61,718 nt of DNA, filler included, from Sphacelaria rigidula (GCA_964200075.2; 10 parts of 10 records of this genome joined end to end with filler, not necessarily neighbours in it); one strand, 5' to 3'; counted from the whole stretch's first letter, positions 26,185 to 39,183 are shown. Program-made: numbers and translations. Notes: generated from the sequence alone by a model not told the origin.

Positions 26185-27248
26185 TGTGGCGAAATCACGT
26201 CGTCACGGTTGAGTATATGGTGGATCCTGGATGATGACCAGGGGACAAGGGCATCCTGTGGATGATGACCCTTGCTGTGTAGCCCAGGCCTGATGGTACG
26301 GGGTTGCAGCTGTTTACTTCAGGAATGATGAGGTGTTGTGAAGGCTAACAACTGAGACCCTGAGGCCAGTGGAACTGGGGAGTCCCTCAACAGCATTTAG
26401 ACGCTGCAGTACTAGCAACCTGCTGGCGTCACAAAATCGATATTAGTGCTAGTGCTAGGCGTGCTAGTTGGTGCTATCGTTTGAGACTGCTGAAAGTTTT
26501 TCAGCAGGCAGGAGTCTGAACAGCTTGTGATTAGCTTCGGGCATAGAGCTTCACGGACGCGTGAGGAGGTTTCAAGCTGAGGTAGCTGCAAAGGCGGCTG
26601 GCCCGTGATTGATCCAGACTGGGGATTTGCTGGAGCTGCGTACAGTGGGTGTTCATAGGACCCCAGGGCTGTGTGAAGCGGCGAAGAAAGCAGGTGTGAC
26701 CTGAAGTTCGAGAGGGTTTTAAAAATCTTCGATTTTCCGCTCGAAAATGTCGACTACCGAGGTACCGGCAATAGAGCCAACGGAAACGACTGTAACCCCA
26801 GTCGTTCAAAGGGAAGAGTTGCGGCCGCCCAGTTACGGGAATTTGTATTCTGAGGGTGCTTCGTTTTACACGAAATACGTGGAATACAAAAGGAGGGTGG
26901 ATCATGCGAATGCAGGGGGTGCGGTAAGGCATCGAGTGGTATCCATGGCGAAAGTCGTGCCCACCCCCCTCCAACGCGTTTTTGCGGGGAGATTCCACAA
27001 AAAACACACAATAACGCCGCCGCAATTAGTTGCGGCGATCAGAAAGCATGCTGGCATGCGGCTGGTCCTTGCCACTGTTGTGGCTAGGTCGGCTATTACG
27101 CGCGCGATTGCCTAGCGTCTCCCGGTGGAAAGTCTGGGCAGTCTCATGCCGCGCGCCACCAGCATCGTCAGCACAAGGGCAAAAGACGAGGTAGTCGTGG
27201 CGGCGGCGGCGGCGGATCCTCCAGCGGTGGATGTGCACAGTCGAGTTC

Positions 27249-27296
<48 letters not shown>

Positions 27297-30200
27297 GCGT
27301 CAGCAGGGGTCCGGTTCTGGGTCTGGCTCAGCCGCAGAGGCTGCTGCTCCGCAACGGGCGGTGCAGGTGGGACTGACCACTCTAGTGTCGGGCTAAGTGC
27401 CGGCGCAGCCGGTAGCAGAGCAAGGCGAGACGCCTGCGGCGGAGCCGGCCGGATTTCAGCTGAAATTTGGATCCGCTGCTGCGTCGGCCGGAGTACCGCT
27501 AAAATTTGGTTCTGCGGGGGGGGCTTCGTGCCCGCCGGCGGTGCCGGTGACCCCAGCGGGGGCGCCTATGTCTGCGTCACGCGCGCAGCCGTGGCGCCAA
27601 GTGGGGATCACGACCAATCAGTCGGGGGAACAGGTGCCGATCGAGTATCAGGGCAAATATATTCCTGCAGAGGTATATCTCCCGAATCACCGGGCGCTGG
27701 GAGCCATTGCGGTAGAGGCTAAGTGGGATTCTGGCGCCCACTGGACGGGTCATGTGAGTCTGTCGGTACATATTGTAGAGATGTTGGAGCGTCTTCTCCC
27801 GGGTGTGCCGCTGCGCACTCCGTTTTCGCTCGGGGCGCGGCAGGCCGTCACCGCGTCGGGTCAGCATATTTACGTCACAGAGCGTACTGTTCCGCTACAG
27901 CTGACTTTGACGACTTCCTGGGGGCCGGCGCAGTTGCCTCCGATCTCGTTTGCGATCATGCCGGGGTCGGATGGCGTTATTCTTCTGGGGTTACCGATGG
28001 TTCAGGATATTGGAGTCAACGCTCGGCGGTTGTGGGGCTCCATGAAGACGCGGATGTCTCCGCCTGGTCCACGCTTGGAGACGCCCGCTGTTTTGGGCAG
28101 TCGTCGCGTGAGCTTGTCGGTGGATACTTTTCAGGATGGAGGGCAGGTGACCGAGGAGCGGGATGCGGCGGTGGAACGCTTGGTAGAGCGCGGCCCGGAA
28201 ATATTTATTGATTCGGCGGAAGAGGAGTCCGCTTGGAAGGTCGCGCTGGAGGAGAGCGTGACGGATGCTAGGGCGAAAAGCCTCAGCGTCTCAAAAGCGG
28301 AGCACCTGCGCGGTATATTGCATTGCCGCGTCAACGCGTTTCGTCGTGCGCTGCGGGGGGATCCCCCTGCGCGCGTGGAGCCCATGCGTGTTCAGCCAAA
28401 ATCTGGGGCGTCCGCGGTGAAGACGAAGCCGCGGCGGTACGATCCAGTGAAGTCGAGTTGGTTGGCATTGTGCATGGCGGCTCTTCTGGCGCTCGGGTTG
28501 GTGTTACGGAATTTGCAGGCGGGGTGGTCCAGTCCAGGTATGGGGTTTCCGAAGAAGGCTGCATCGTGGACGGAGGGCAGGCTGCAGGCGTGGGCGGCAG
28601 CGAAGGATCTGGTGGCTCATGCCGTGACGCTGCCCCATCCTCGTCCTGATTGTCAGGTGCCAATGTTTCCGGATGCATTTGAGTGCCATTGGGGTAGTTT
28701 TGTGACGCAGGTGCCTGGTGCCGGTTGAAGACATGACGCATGAACCACTGGATTTTCTGAGTGGTAATTTCAAGGGTTCACAGATACGTTGGGCAACCAT
28801 TGACAAGGAAGGTTTTGCTATCGTGAGCACTTTTCGTCGTCTCGAGCATCTATTATGGAATGGCGTACACATTTTCACGGATCACCGAAATTTAGTATAC
28901 ATTTTCAACCCGGAGGCATGCGTGACGTCTGTGTCGAAGGCGTTGGCACAGCGATTGGAGGGGTGGAAACGTGTATTAGGACAGTATCGGTACAAGATTT
29001 GTCATATTTCGGGTGAACGTAACGCGTGGGGTGACTTGCTGTCGCGCTGGGTAAATATTCCGGCTTTGCCTGCGCGCGCCATGGCTATGTATGATCTGTG
29101 CGAACCTGATGACTCGATGCCGTCCAAATCTGTTGTCCGCCAAGCGTAGCGAAAAGACCTTGGGGTCGAAGATTTGGATGTGCAAGCTTTCCAGTCGGAC
29201 GTTGGTACTGCTATCTTGGATAATGAAGGTAGGTTTCGTGTGCATGTGCGTGGCCGAAAGGTTTTGTGGATTCCGAGTTCTGACAAGCAGTTGCAGGTAC
29301 GTTTGATGATTTGCGCGCACATGCGCGACGCCGGGCATGGTGGTGTGGCTGCGACGCTCGTGCGCTTGCAAGAGTTTTGTGTCTGGCAGAGGATAGAAAC
29401 TCATGTGCGCGAATTTGTCCGCCAGTGTCTTCACTGTGCTGACTCGAGGGCGGGCGATGTTGTTCCCCGCCCGCTCGGCGAAACGGTCCATGGGATCACG
29501 CCGAATGAAGTCGTTCATTTTGACTTCTTGTACGTGGGCGAGAGCGGCCCGCTAGCTTCCCAAGGTTTGTCGGAGGATGCGGGGTTTCGATATATTTTGG
29601 TGATCATGGATTATTTGAGCAACTTTGTGGCTCTGGAACCAGTAGCAGTGTGTACTGCTGATTCGACTGCTGCGTCTTTTCTGATTTGGTGCAAAACTTT
29701 GGGGGTGCCCCGTGTGTGGGTGAGAGATACTGACACGCATTTCAAGAATGCGATCTTGGCCCGATTGCGAGAGGCTTTGCGCGTTGATCACCAGTTGCGG
29801 TAGCGTGTTCTCTGTGGTCTAACGGTACGTGCGAACGCATGGTCAAGGAAGTAGTTCGTGCTCTTCGCTCTGTTCTTCTCCAGCAGCGTAGAGCGGTTTC
29901 CGAGTGGGTGGGCGTGTTGCCGCCGGTGCAAAGGGCGCTCGATACAGTGTATCGACGTCGTTATGATCGTATGACGATAGTGGGATTCAGTTGTGACTTG
30001 CTAAATCGTTTTGGCGTTAGTTTCTGAGTGTCAAACTTGTTGCTCGATTCTCGTCCAACGCGCTTTGGGGGTGCTGTGGCGAAATCACGCCGTCACGGTT
30101 GAGTATATAGTGGATCCTGGATGATGACCAGGGGACAAGGGCATCCTGTGGATGATGGCCCTTGCTGTGTAGCCCAGGCCTGATGGTACGGGGTTGCAGC

Positions 30201-30323
30201 TGTTTACTCCAGGAATGATGAGGTGTTGTGAAGGCTAACAACTGAGACCTTGAGGCCAGTGGAACTGGGGAGTCCCTCAACAGCATTTAGACGCTGCAGT
30301 ACTAGCAACCTGCTGGCGTCACA
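26185..30323 (+). mobile_element. Ty3/Gypsy LTR retrotransposon copy B, complete ends, non-autonomous (RT core deleted)
   Basis: 249-bp LTRs at 26185-26433 and 30075-30323 (TGTGGCG...CGTCACA; 5 transitions counted by eye), with flanks GGAC/GGAT. Gag starts at 26747. Protease WDSGAH, RNase H (FPDAF..WG, DKEGFAIV, FTDHRNL, DLLSRW), integrase HHCC and core at about 29300-29960. Confidence 0.95.
27251..27295. repeat. (AGC)15 microsatellite in the gag-protease linker
   Basis: Perfect AGC run. Confidence 0.9.
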
Positions 30324-30568
30324 GGATCTACTCAAGTTGACGATACACGGCTACAGCAGATCCACACAATATTGTCCACTCATGGCAGTAGCAGCACACA
30401 ACAGACCGCACGCCACACAGCACAGCAGTAAAACAGTACGCCCGGAGTTATACGCAACTCGACACCATGAGTAGCGCAGTAACTCGTGGTGTACGTGCTG
30501 CACCCGCCACCGTCAATTCCGCATCGCAGTGTTTTCCCTCGTATGGTAAGTCAAGGTGGAAATACAAC

Positions 30569-30703
30569 CGATTTTACCTCCCACGACATAATCGCTCTCC
30601 ACTGTTGGGCATTGTGCGAGAAAAAATCCCAGACCACTCCAAGATTCGAACTCACGACCCAACCGTCAGGAGGTTTCGAGGTTACCGACTGGGCCACCAG
30701 GGC
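30569..30703 (-). mobile_element. tRNA-derived SINE, 5' part (family of 14901-15291)
   Basis: The reverse complement reads GCCCTGGTGGCCCAGTCGGTAACCTCGAAACC..GAGTTCGAATCTTGG..ATGCCCAACAGTGGAGAGCG. Confidence 0.85.
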
Positions 30704-31081
30704 GAGGCTGTATCCATGAATAACCCTTAGACCGTGATGCGGGTAGTCCATCTGTATCACGCACACGTTTTTCAAGTGAATATTGATGCCGATTCAGCAG
30801 GTGACCTACCCTNNNNNNNNNNNNNNNNNNNNNNNNNNNNNNNNNNNNNNNNNNNNTTAATTAATTAANNNNNNNNNNNNNNNNNNNNNNNNNNNNNNNN
30901 NNNNNNNNNNNNAGTTGCTCACACCACAGCTTTCCCAGTTTCCCGAATGAACCCGATGTAAGCATATCACTGTGAAATGCAGATCATCCTGGTAACACAC
31001 GGCACCGCCGCTGAATGAAAAAAAAAAAATGACGAAAAATGTAGTGCATAATATATGACCTTAACGACGGACGAAAAAAAA

Positions 31082-31153
31082 GGAGAATCTGCCGGGATTC
31101 GAACTCGTGACCTCCATAAGTGAAGTCTCTTATCACTTGAATTATAGGGGTGC
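31082..31153 (-). pseudogene. Degenerate tRNA-like sequence (tRNA pseudogene or head of a second SINE family)
   Basis: The reverse complement has GGTCACGAGTTCGAATCCCGG (B box) followed by a T run. The acceptor stem does not pair. Confidence 0.5.
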
Positions 31154-31469
31154 AGCAGCGTTAGGCAAAACGTTGCACGCACGGCCCAATTCGACGACTT
31201 TTGCCCTGAAATTTCACGAAGACCTTCTGCACCCGAGGAAATGGTGCATCACGGGAGCAGCTGCAGATTCTCGTTTTTTTCCTAGACTCGTGACATTATC
31301 TTGTTTTTGCTGCAATTTTAAATCCCTATAACTTCCTTTTTTTTTTTTACCACTCTCGTCATATTCTGCATGCCGATCACAATAAGCTGCTGTCAAAATT
31401 TCAGCGTCCAACTTCTATTTTTACGCTGTGCGTCGCCTGAGCGAGAAAACTACCCACTGTTGGCTGGCC

Positions 31470-31885
31470 CAGGTCGTACTCAAATTTTGAATTTGGGGTA
31501 GATTGAGTACAACCTCGAATACTCTACTCAAATATTGGGTGATCACTCTTAGCAATACTTGAGTGCTGAGTATCACTTGGGTATGACCTCAATACTCTAC
31601 TCGATTGTTGGGTAGATTGAGTACGACCTCAAATACTCTACTCAAATACTAAGTAAGCACTCTCACGAGTATCACTTGGGTATGACCTCAATGCCCTACT
31701 CAAATTTTGGGTCAGTACTCTCAAGAGTATCACTTGGGTGTGACCTCAAATACTCTACTAAGTTTTGGGTAAGTACTCTCCAAAGTATCACCTGGGTATG
31801 ACCTAAAACACTATACTCATTTTCTGGGTAAGTTGAGTGTGGCTTCTCATGAACACCGAGTATTGAGTATACTCGCCTCGACCTG
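31470..31885. repeat. TACTC/GAGTA subrepeat array with CAGGTCG...CGACCTG ends (MITE-like)
   Basis: Repeated GAGTATCACTTGGGTATGACCTCAA(A)TACTCTACTC units and 7-bp inverted ends. No TSD. Confidence 0.7.
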
Positions 31886-32069
31886 CCCTTGGATGACGAC
31901 TTTCGAATCCAGTCGCGGCCACAAGATGCAGATAGATAAAAGTCCAGGTGATCGTGAACGAAGACATTCTTGTGACAGTAACACATGGGGAGGACGACCA
32001 GGAATAAGCATCGTCGGAGGGGAAGAGAGAACAATCAGCACAAGGGCACCAGACTCTGAGGGTGTGTGG

Positions 32070-32433
32070 TAGTGTTGGATATCGAACCATTGAGCACTTC
32101 CATACGATATCGAATTTTTCAGCGTTCGATAACGATAACTTTCGATGAATATCGGCAAAGCCAAACGGAAGCGAGCGCAGCGAGTCCGCTCGCTGTGCGA
32201 GCCTCAAATACCCCCTCCCCCGGGTCGTGAGGGAGTTCCGCGGGAGGCGCCGCCGGAGGCAAGGAAATTGAGATATGTGGCTCTATTTCTCCTCGAAATT
32301 GACATAATCAAGGTCTCCCAGCCTAGGAGAAAAGGTGTCCACACTGCACGTTTTATCGTTTTATCGTTTTATCGTTTTATCGTTTTTTTTTTGGATACGA
32401 TGCATGGAAACTTGCATACGATATCCAACACTA
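32070..32433. mobile_element. hAT-type MITE
   Basis: Perfect 15-bp TIR TAGTGTTGGATATCG / CGATATCCAACACTA and a perfect 8-bp TSD GTGTGTGG. Internal (TTTTATCG)4. Confidence 0.9.
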
Positions 32434-32928
32434 GTGTGTGGGAGGACCGAGTAAAAAACGTTGATGTGGCTGTAATGCCCGCTGTGATGGTTGATGTCTG
32501 CAAACAAGAGGAGAGAACAGGCGAGCGCCAACACCAAACGGCGAACTGCCTCCCTGTGAGAGGCTATTAGAAGTGTTGTTGCCCATCACCTACTAGATTT
32601 GGCTCTTGTGAGAACATCCCGTTGGTTACCCGCGAGAAGCAGGGTCCCCGTAAAATAAGAAATTCACTAGAACGGAAAAACGGAAAAGGCAATGCCGGTA
32701 CTCTTTCTGCACGCAATATACTCACATATGTAAAAGACGAAGCCTACTTACGTTTGGGCCGTGAGATTGCATAAATACGCGGTACTCTTGATGGGAGGCC
32801 GGCATTTAGGTATGTACGTAGGGCTGGGAGAAGAAAAAGTAGGCACCACTCGATCATCTCTCTCAGGGGAACACAAGAGGATTTCGTCTTTTTCGAGCAC
32901 GCGCGATCAGAGATTGACAACAAAAATG

Positions 32929-33423
32929 CATGGATTTGTTCTGTAGGGTACGTTTTTGTATTCCTGAGGGAATTGCCGGGGCATTACCCGTACCCGACAG
33001 CTCTGTGATATCTGCTAGCCTCCCGTACCGGTACCCGATAGTCCCCGGGGTATTTGCCCGGGTACTGACCGCATCCGGGTTCTGTAAGTTTTGTAAGCTT
33101 CCCGTACCCATAACCAACAGTTCTGTAAGTTCTGTGAGCCTCCTATACCGATACCGGATATATATGATATACACGAATTTTTAACCCGTACCCGGGGCAC
33201 GGGTATACCCTTTTAGAAAATATCCGGTTGCGGGTAAGGGTTTCTGTACAACCTCCATACCGTACTCGACGTGTTTTATAAGCCCTGTAAGACTTGCATC
33301 CCGATACTCGATGGTTCTGTGGGTTCAGGAAGACTTCCACACCGGTACTCGATAGTTCTTGAAGTCCCGGAAAAAATGTCATACCCTACCGAACATACCC
33401 GTACCCTACAGAACAAAACCCAG
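32929..33423 (+). mobile_element. hAT-type MITE, short relative of 13156-14777
   Basis: TIR core TTTGTTCTGTAGGGTACG / CGTACCCTACAGAACAAA, flanks CAAAAATG / CAAAAAATG, and the same TACCCG/TTCTGT arrays. Confidence 0.85.
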
Positions 33424-34275
33424 CAAAAAATGGCTTGCCAACCACCACCATGCCGCTCCTTGAAAATTACTACCCCCCACCTGGACCATTTCTATTAGCC
33501 TACTGTACGGAGTAGTATGTAGTATGGTGATGCAATCGACTAATATAAATGACACTGCCAAAACGTAGCTTGCAACAACAATCTGTGCACGAGCTTGAAT
33601 CTGGCTGTCCATGGCTTGTTTTCATGTTGCGTTTTTATGTACGCGGCTAGGTTTAGCCCGAGTATGCCGTGTAAAACCACGGCCGCAGGTGGGTCAAAGC
33701 CCGGCGTGCTTACCTCCCCACCACTCAGTGCGTTGTTGCTCTACGCGAAGGGATGCAAGTTCAATGGCCCCCGAAAAAATCACGCTCCAAGGCACATCTT
33801 GCCGTTCTTACGGTACCCTTTGCCTTCCCCCATCACAGGATAACGGGTAGGCACAGCATGAGAAGTCGTGAAACGAACCAGGGTGGAGATCGCACATGCT
33901 TGTGGGGAAAGGGGTTGATGAAGTCGCGGTAGAGTTTGTGCGAGAATCTGACTTGTGTGTATGTGTGTAAAAAATGTCCGTTCAAGTTTTGTGCACTGTA
34001 GTCCCCCCCTCCATATCTCTCGTAAAACAGGCGCTGCTTCATCACACGAGGGAGGGGAAGAGGGAAGGGGTCGACTCTGTAATATGTCCTGAGGCTTACT
34101 AAATTGCTGCATTAGTCACATGGCATAGTACTGCCCTCCCTCCTCTCTCCCCCGCCGCTTTGCAATAAATAGCCACCCTCTCTCTCTCCGTTGTACCCAT
34201 GCCGCCCGCTTTCTCATCCCATTTTGTTTTTCAACGACGACAACTTTTCACGCACATGTATATACGTATACGCAG

Positions 34276-36702
34276 CACTTGGGTTACAAACCCCGCGCCA
34301 AGCCTTCGCCGGAGGTGGAGAGGAAAGCACAGGAGTTCGCTGCGGATGTCCCTGCTGCTATCCAGTACCGCCGAAACCTCGCTCCGCTCGCGGGTCCGCC
34401 CGAGTCGGTAGATTGGGCTGCAGACGGCGCTGTGACTCCGGTCCAGAACCAGGTAGATTACTCTGTGACATGAAGCCCGTGCTCTTTATCCTCGTATCTG
34501 TGTTTTCGATTCATCCCCACAAAAGAGGTAAGCCCTCTGTAGGCCTCCATCTCAGCCTACTCCTCAGACGCGGAAATTTTGTGAAGCGGGAGGGGATCGG
34601 GGTCGGAGAAAGGAGTGATGTAGAAAGTCCGTTCGTTCCCTACATTCCGGTCTCGCTGTCTTACAACCTCGATCGGTTCCCCTAGCTACCTCTAGAAAGA
34701 GTTTTACCGCCGGTACCGAGCAGCTTGCTCAGCTAACCTGCTTGGGCTTCTCTGTAGGCGGTCTTGTGCGTTTTGTCACTCGTTTTATATTGATTTTAGT
34801 GCAGGCACGTCTTGTATCCGCGTTTGGGCAAAATATAAGAGGGGAAGCAGCCTAGCCGTATTCCCCCATGAAAGAGCACTCTGTGTCAAGGAACCGTGTG
34901 TGTTGTTCAATCGCATTACATTCTCTAGCTTGGAATGATTCTCTATCCTGGGGAGCCTGTGCGTAGTTCGCATTACAATCGCTAGCTTGAAATCGACTAC
35001 CCGACCTCGAACAAGATCCTCGCACTGTAGTCAAAGGCTTCTGTGAGAGCACAGCGTTTCTATTTCCTCGTCTCTTCGTTTGCCGTTTATGGGGGAATAG
35101 TGGAACGATGAAGTATGAGCGCAGGGACATGGTCTGTGCTGTGTTGAGTGGTGGTCGTCGACGATGTCGTTTCGTGGAGAAATGAATAGTACTCATCAGC
35201 GGCGCGTGTTCACCTCTATCCTGACATGCAGGAAAATTGATTTGTGAGTGTTCAGGTATGCTATTTGCTCACGTTTTGTAGTACAGTGATTTTCATTGCG
35301 GAGTCCCTCTTGGGAAACCACCGACGGTATTGATGGTGAGAGAGAGTGTCTGATGAACCTGACGAAGGCGGCGAGTCGGAGCGCGAGCTGATGATTTGGT
35401 AGGCATCCTTCCTTCCCCTCTTCTTTTTTTCCGTTCGTCGTTCTCTTTTTTTTTCTTCGTTTTTTACTTCCAATGCCCCCGTCCCCTGTCCCCCGTCCCC
35501 TTCTTCGGGACAGGCCCTTATTCTGGAGAGGTCCACCGCTCTTTCTCCCTTCTCCCTGTTGGCGAGTTGTTGGCATTCGACAAGTGGACCCAGGGATTCA
35601 GCAACCCGTCCACTTTCGCTTCTTTTTTTTTTCTTCCCCCAACAGCTCACGTCGTCACGCTTCACGACGGCATACAAACACACGTGAAGCAGTTAATACC
35701 CTGATTTCGAACCCGCTAGTTTGCTCAATTCGACCAATGATGTACTGGTTTGGACCACCGGTGCGTGACGGTGCGCTACTCTTGATTTTTATTTTTTCCA
35801 TTTTAAAATCGCCCGCAGGGAATGTGCGGGTCATGCTGGGCGTTCTCCGCCATCGGCGCTATGGAGGGTGCTTACTTCATGGAGACGGGGGAGTTGGTGA
35901 GTCGCTCGTTGCTTCCTATGGGTGGTGTAGTTGGCGCTTACGTGGCACCCGTCATTACCCTTCGGGATTTTTTTTGCGTGATTTGTGTCGGATCGTTGTC
36001 GGACCGTTTTGAAGTGTGCTGTGTTGACATCCAGTACACACGCGATGTCATGACTTTTTCGAGGGAAAGCTACTTCGTTTCACGACGACTGTTTTTTTTT
36101 CCTTCTCTCTATGATGTGGCTCATGTACCAGCAGTACGGCGTACTGCACGGCAGATGATTCTGGGGAAGGGAGGGAGGTGGAGTTGAACCCTGGTTCGTT
36201 TCACTACCCGCATACCCTGCCCTTGTCCTGTAGGGAGGAGGGGAGAGGGTTCCAAGCGCCTTCGAATTTTATGCATTTTGCAACACGCCGAATTTCCAAG
36301 CATTCGAGGGAGGTTCAGAAAAAATCCCGAAATAGAGGCGATTATTATGCTGGCTGAATTAATTACCCCTCGCCGTTTTTTTTTGTTGTGCTTCCACTCC
36401 TCGTGTTGTTGCCGTGATTGGGGATGGCATAATTGGGGTACGGGTGTGTGTGGTGTGTGTGGCGTGTGGGGTGTGGGGGCAATAAAAAATACGCATCATT
36501 TTCACAGATGAAATTCTCGGAGGAGCAACTGGTTGACTGCGACAAGTCTGACAGCGGATGCCTCGGCGGCGACATGGGGATGGCGTTCGATTGGATCAAG
36601 GACAACGGAGGCGTATGCAAGGAGGATGACTACCCTTACGCTGGCTTTTGGCCCCCGATCAAGACTTGCGCCACCACGTGCGACGTGGTGGAAGGGACGG
36701 AG
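34276..36702 (+). CDS. Papain-family (C1A, cathepsin L-like) cysteine protease, partial; exons 34276-34452, 35819-35896, 36508-36702
   Basis: Phase-0 AG/GT exons join as PESVDW..GAVTPVQNQ|GMCGSCWAFSAIGAMEG..|MKFSEEQLVDCD..GCLGG. The catalytic Cys is present; the His/Asn exons lie beyond the contig end. Confidence 0.95.
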
Positions 36703-37094
36703 GTGATAATTACGATGATGGTATGCTGTTCTCTGTCTTTTTTTGTGATTCAGGGCGAGGTAGTTATTTGTTTCTTGGAATACTGTGCCATGATTGTTGA
36801 GTACAGTGGAAAATAATATCTTTCAGCTTCACGTTCGTTTTGAACTTCAGCAAATGCGGAAATTGTACCGTATCCAGGCTCCTCCCTCAGATCACACCAT
36901 GCTACGACTTCATCAACCTGCTGCCCCCCCAAGATTATGGTTCAGCCCCTGATTCGTTGCGCCACTCTCCTAACCCCACCCCCGCCCTCCACCCNNNNNN
37001 NNNNNNNNNNNNNNNNNNNNNNNNNNNNNNNNNNNNNNTTAATTAATTAANNNNNNNNNNNNNNNNNNNNNNNNNNNNNNNNNNNNNNNNNNNN

Positions 37095-39183
37095 CCCACT
37101 TGAGCCTCAATTCAGAGTTAAACCTCAATTCGCACAATTTGCTGTTATTGCTTGACACGCTGCTTCCCTCCCCGAGTTGCCGTGGCGACGTAAAACCACC
37201 CATATTTCTAAGCTGACTTGCACCTACCTCACAAGAAGCAGAACCGAGTATAGGATTGGACACTTTGGTAAAACAGCGCAAAGAGCACCAATCCGAGGTA
37301 ATACTGGTGATGGATCCGGAGAGGGAGATCTGAACGGGTCGGGATGGCAACGGCAGGAAACTACAGCACTAGTACACGGTACATGAAACGTTGACAAGGA
37401 TCGATGGCGTCATGCGGTCCAAAGGTGGAGATGCAAGGGCACACAAAACGTACGCGCAAGATGGCCCACCATAGGTCGAATCACATCTCGTTACCAGCCT
37501 CACCTGAGATACTCATTCGCAGACGGGTCCGCCTAGTTTGCCTAAACACTAGACTTCAAGGCGAAGCCAACCTTCATCTCAAAACCCAACCTCCTCACCC
37601 GGAAAGATCGTCGCGAGTCTCAATCCGAAACAAAATCAAGTTAGAAATAGCGAACAAAGGCCCAGGATGGAGCAATGTCGGAGTGGCTACCAGGAAGCGG
37701 AGTCCTGGAAAGCCTCGCACTTCCACGAGTGGACGGGGTTCACGCCGTTTGGCATCTGTACCGCCCAGCCAAGGCATCAAGTGTGCCATCCCGCCCGAGC
37801 ATGCCATGTCCCTCTGTCGTGCAATGATGCTCTGAACTTGTTCCCCATAGGTTCCGCATTCTGGGAGGATTTTGACGGAGCTGAGCAAAAGGCACAAGTG
37901 TTCGACGGCGGCAGACGCTTTTGGAGAGGAGACAAGTCGACGGAGACTACGAGGAATCTTCACGTAAAGATCCCCGGCAAGTGGCCCAGACGAGAGAGCG
38001 TACACATCAATTGGCCTCCTGCGCTGCACTACAGAAGCGAGCAGCAGCCTTGTATTTGTTTTCTCTTTCTTTTTTAAGGAATAAGCAGTACTTCAGGACT
38101 ATTTCTCTCTTTTCATTGGAGAAGCCATACAGTATTTGTTTTTACTCTCTTCGGCATTGTTTTCCCGTTATCATAAGCTCGCTCATATATCTTCTAATCG
38201 TTTCCGTTTTTATTTCTTCACTTTTCAACGTTTGATTTGATTTTTTGCCTCGTTTTGTTTTACGGGTCGGAATTTGTCCCTCTAACCCTCTTTTTTTTCT
38301 CTGTTCGGTTTTCCGGTCTGGATTTCATGTGTCTTTTCTTTTCTGTTTTTGTTTCTCTTACGTTTGTCGGACTTGATCCTCTTTCTCGTGTCAGGCCCTG
38401 TTATTTGTTTTCATTATTCATGATTTTCTTCTTCGTATTTTGGACCTGGGATGTTATTTCTACTTTTGCTTCATGCTACATTTTCTTTTTTTCCCTGCCC
38501 CTTTCATCACATTTATTCGTCCTCGGTGAAGGTTGATCCGACTTTAGGGCGCCCCACCCTTCTTATGTAGAAATATTCGTGCGTGAGCATTGCACAATGG
38601 GGTGAGCGCCGAGTACCTGCTAGGACACTGTATCGTGACTGAACTGTTGATACACGATGTAGTCCCCCAGTGTCCAGTAGGTTAGCGGATACTGGTCGAT
38701 AGGAGAAGAAGCGTGGAGCGCTCCCATCAACCAGTAAACGCTTTCGTGGGGTTATTTTTAGTAGGTCAGCTCTTTGCGAGTCTCACACTACCCAAGATTG
38801 GCGTAGCCAATCAGGGGTGTCTAAGCGCCGTTACCATCTGAAAATAGTCATATTCTATTTTCGGTAGTTTCTGTTCTCCAGTCTAACTGAGATCCTGGGA
38901 AGACATGGCACATGCGGAAGCAGTCACTATAATCTGAACGGGCGTGAGAGATTTTTTTCCCCAAGCGATAAGCTTTTCCCTGAATACCAGGTTTGCCCAT
39001 CTTCTGATTTCTTCACGATTTTTTTCCGCGGTCAACCCTAGTCCCAAAATTCTGCGGCTTTCTCATCTTTGGCGTGATATTAGGCTGATGGCATCGAGAC
39101 TTGTGTGAATCACCCTCGGAGTGACTTGAGCTGTGACTTTCCTCGTCTTGCATGAGCAGCGTGAACAAAGCAAGGGAGGGGGA
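37095..39183 (+). mobile_element. Degenerate 3' end of an LTR retrotransposon (pol tail with Tudor-like remnant, T-rich UTR, polypurine tract)
   Basis: Frameshifted FPIGSAFWEDFDGAEQKAQVFDG..FWR / VDGDYEE at 37841-37970. T-rich tract at 38050-38520. AAGGGAGGGGGA (39172-39183) is followed directly by TGTTACGG. Confidence 0.6.

Noticed and set aside
31470..31885. CRISPR-like array (also considered for 13180-13720)
   Set aside because: The units are degenerate with no unique spacers, there are no cas genes, and the context is eukaryotic transposon sequence.
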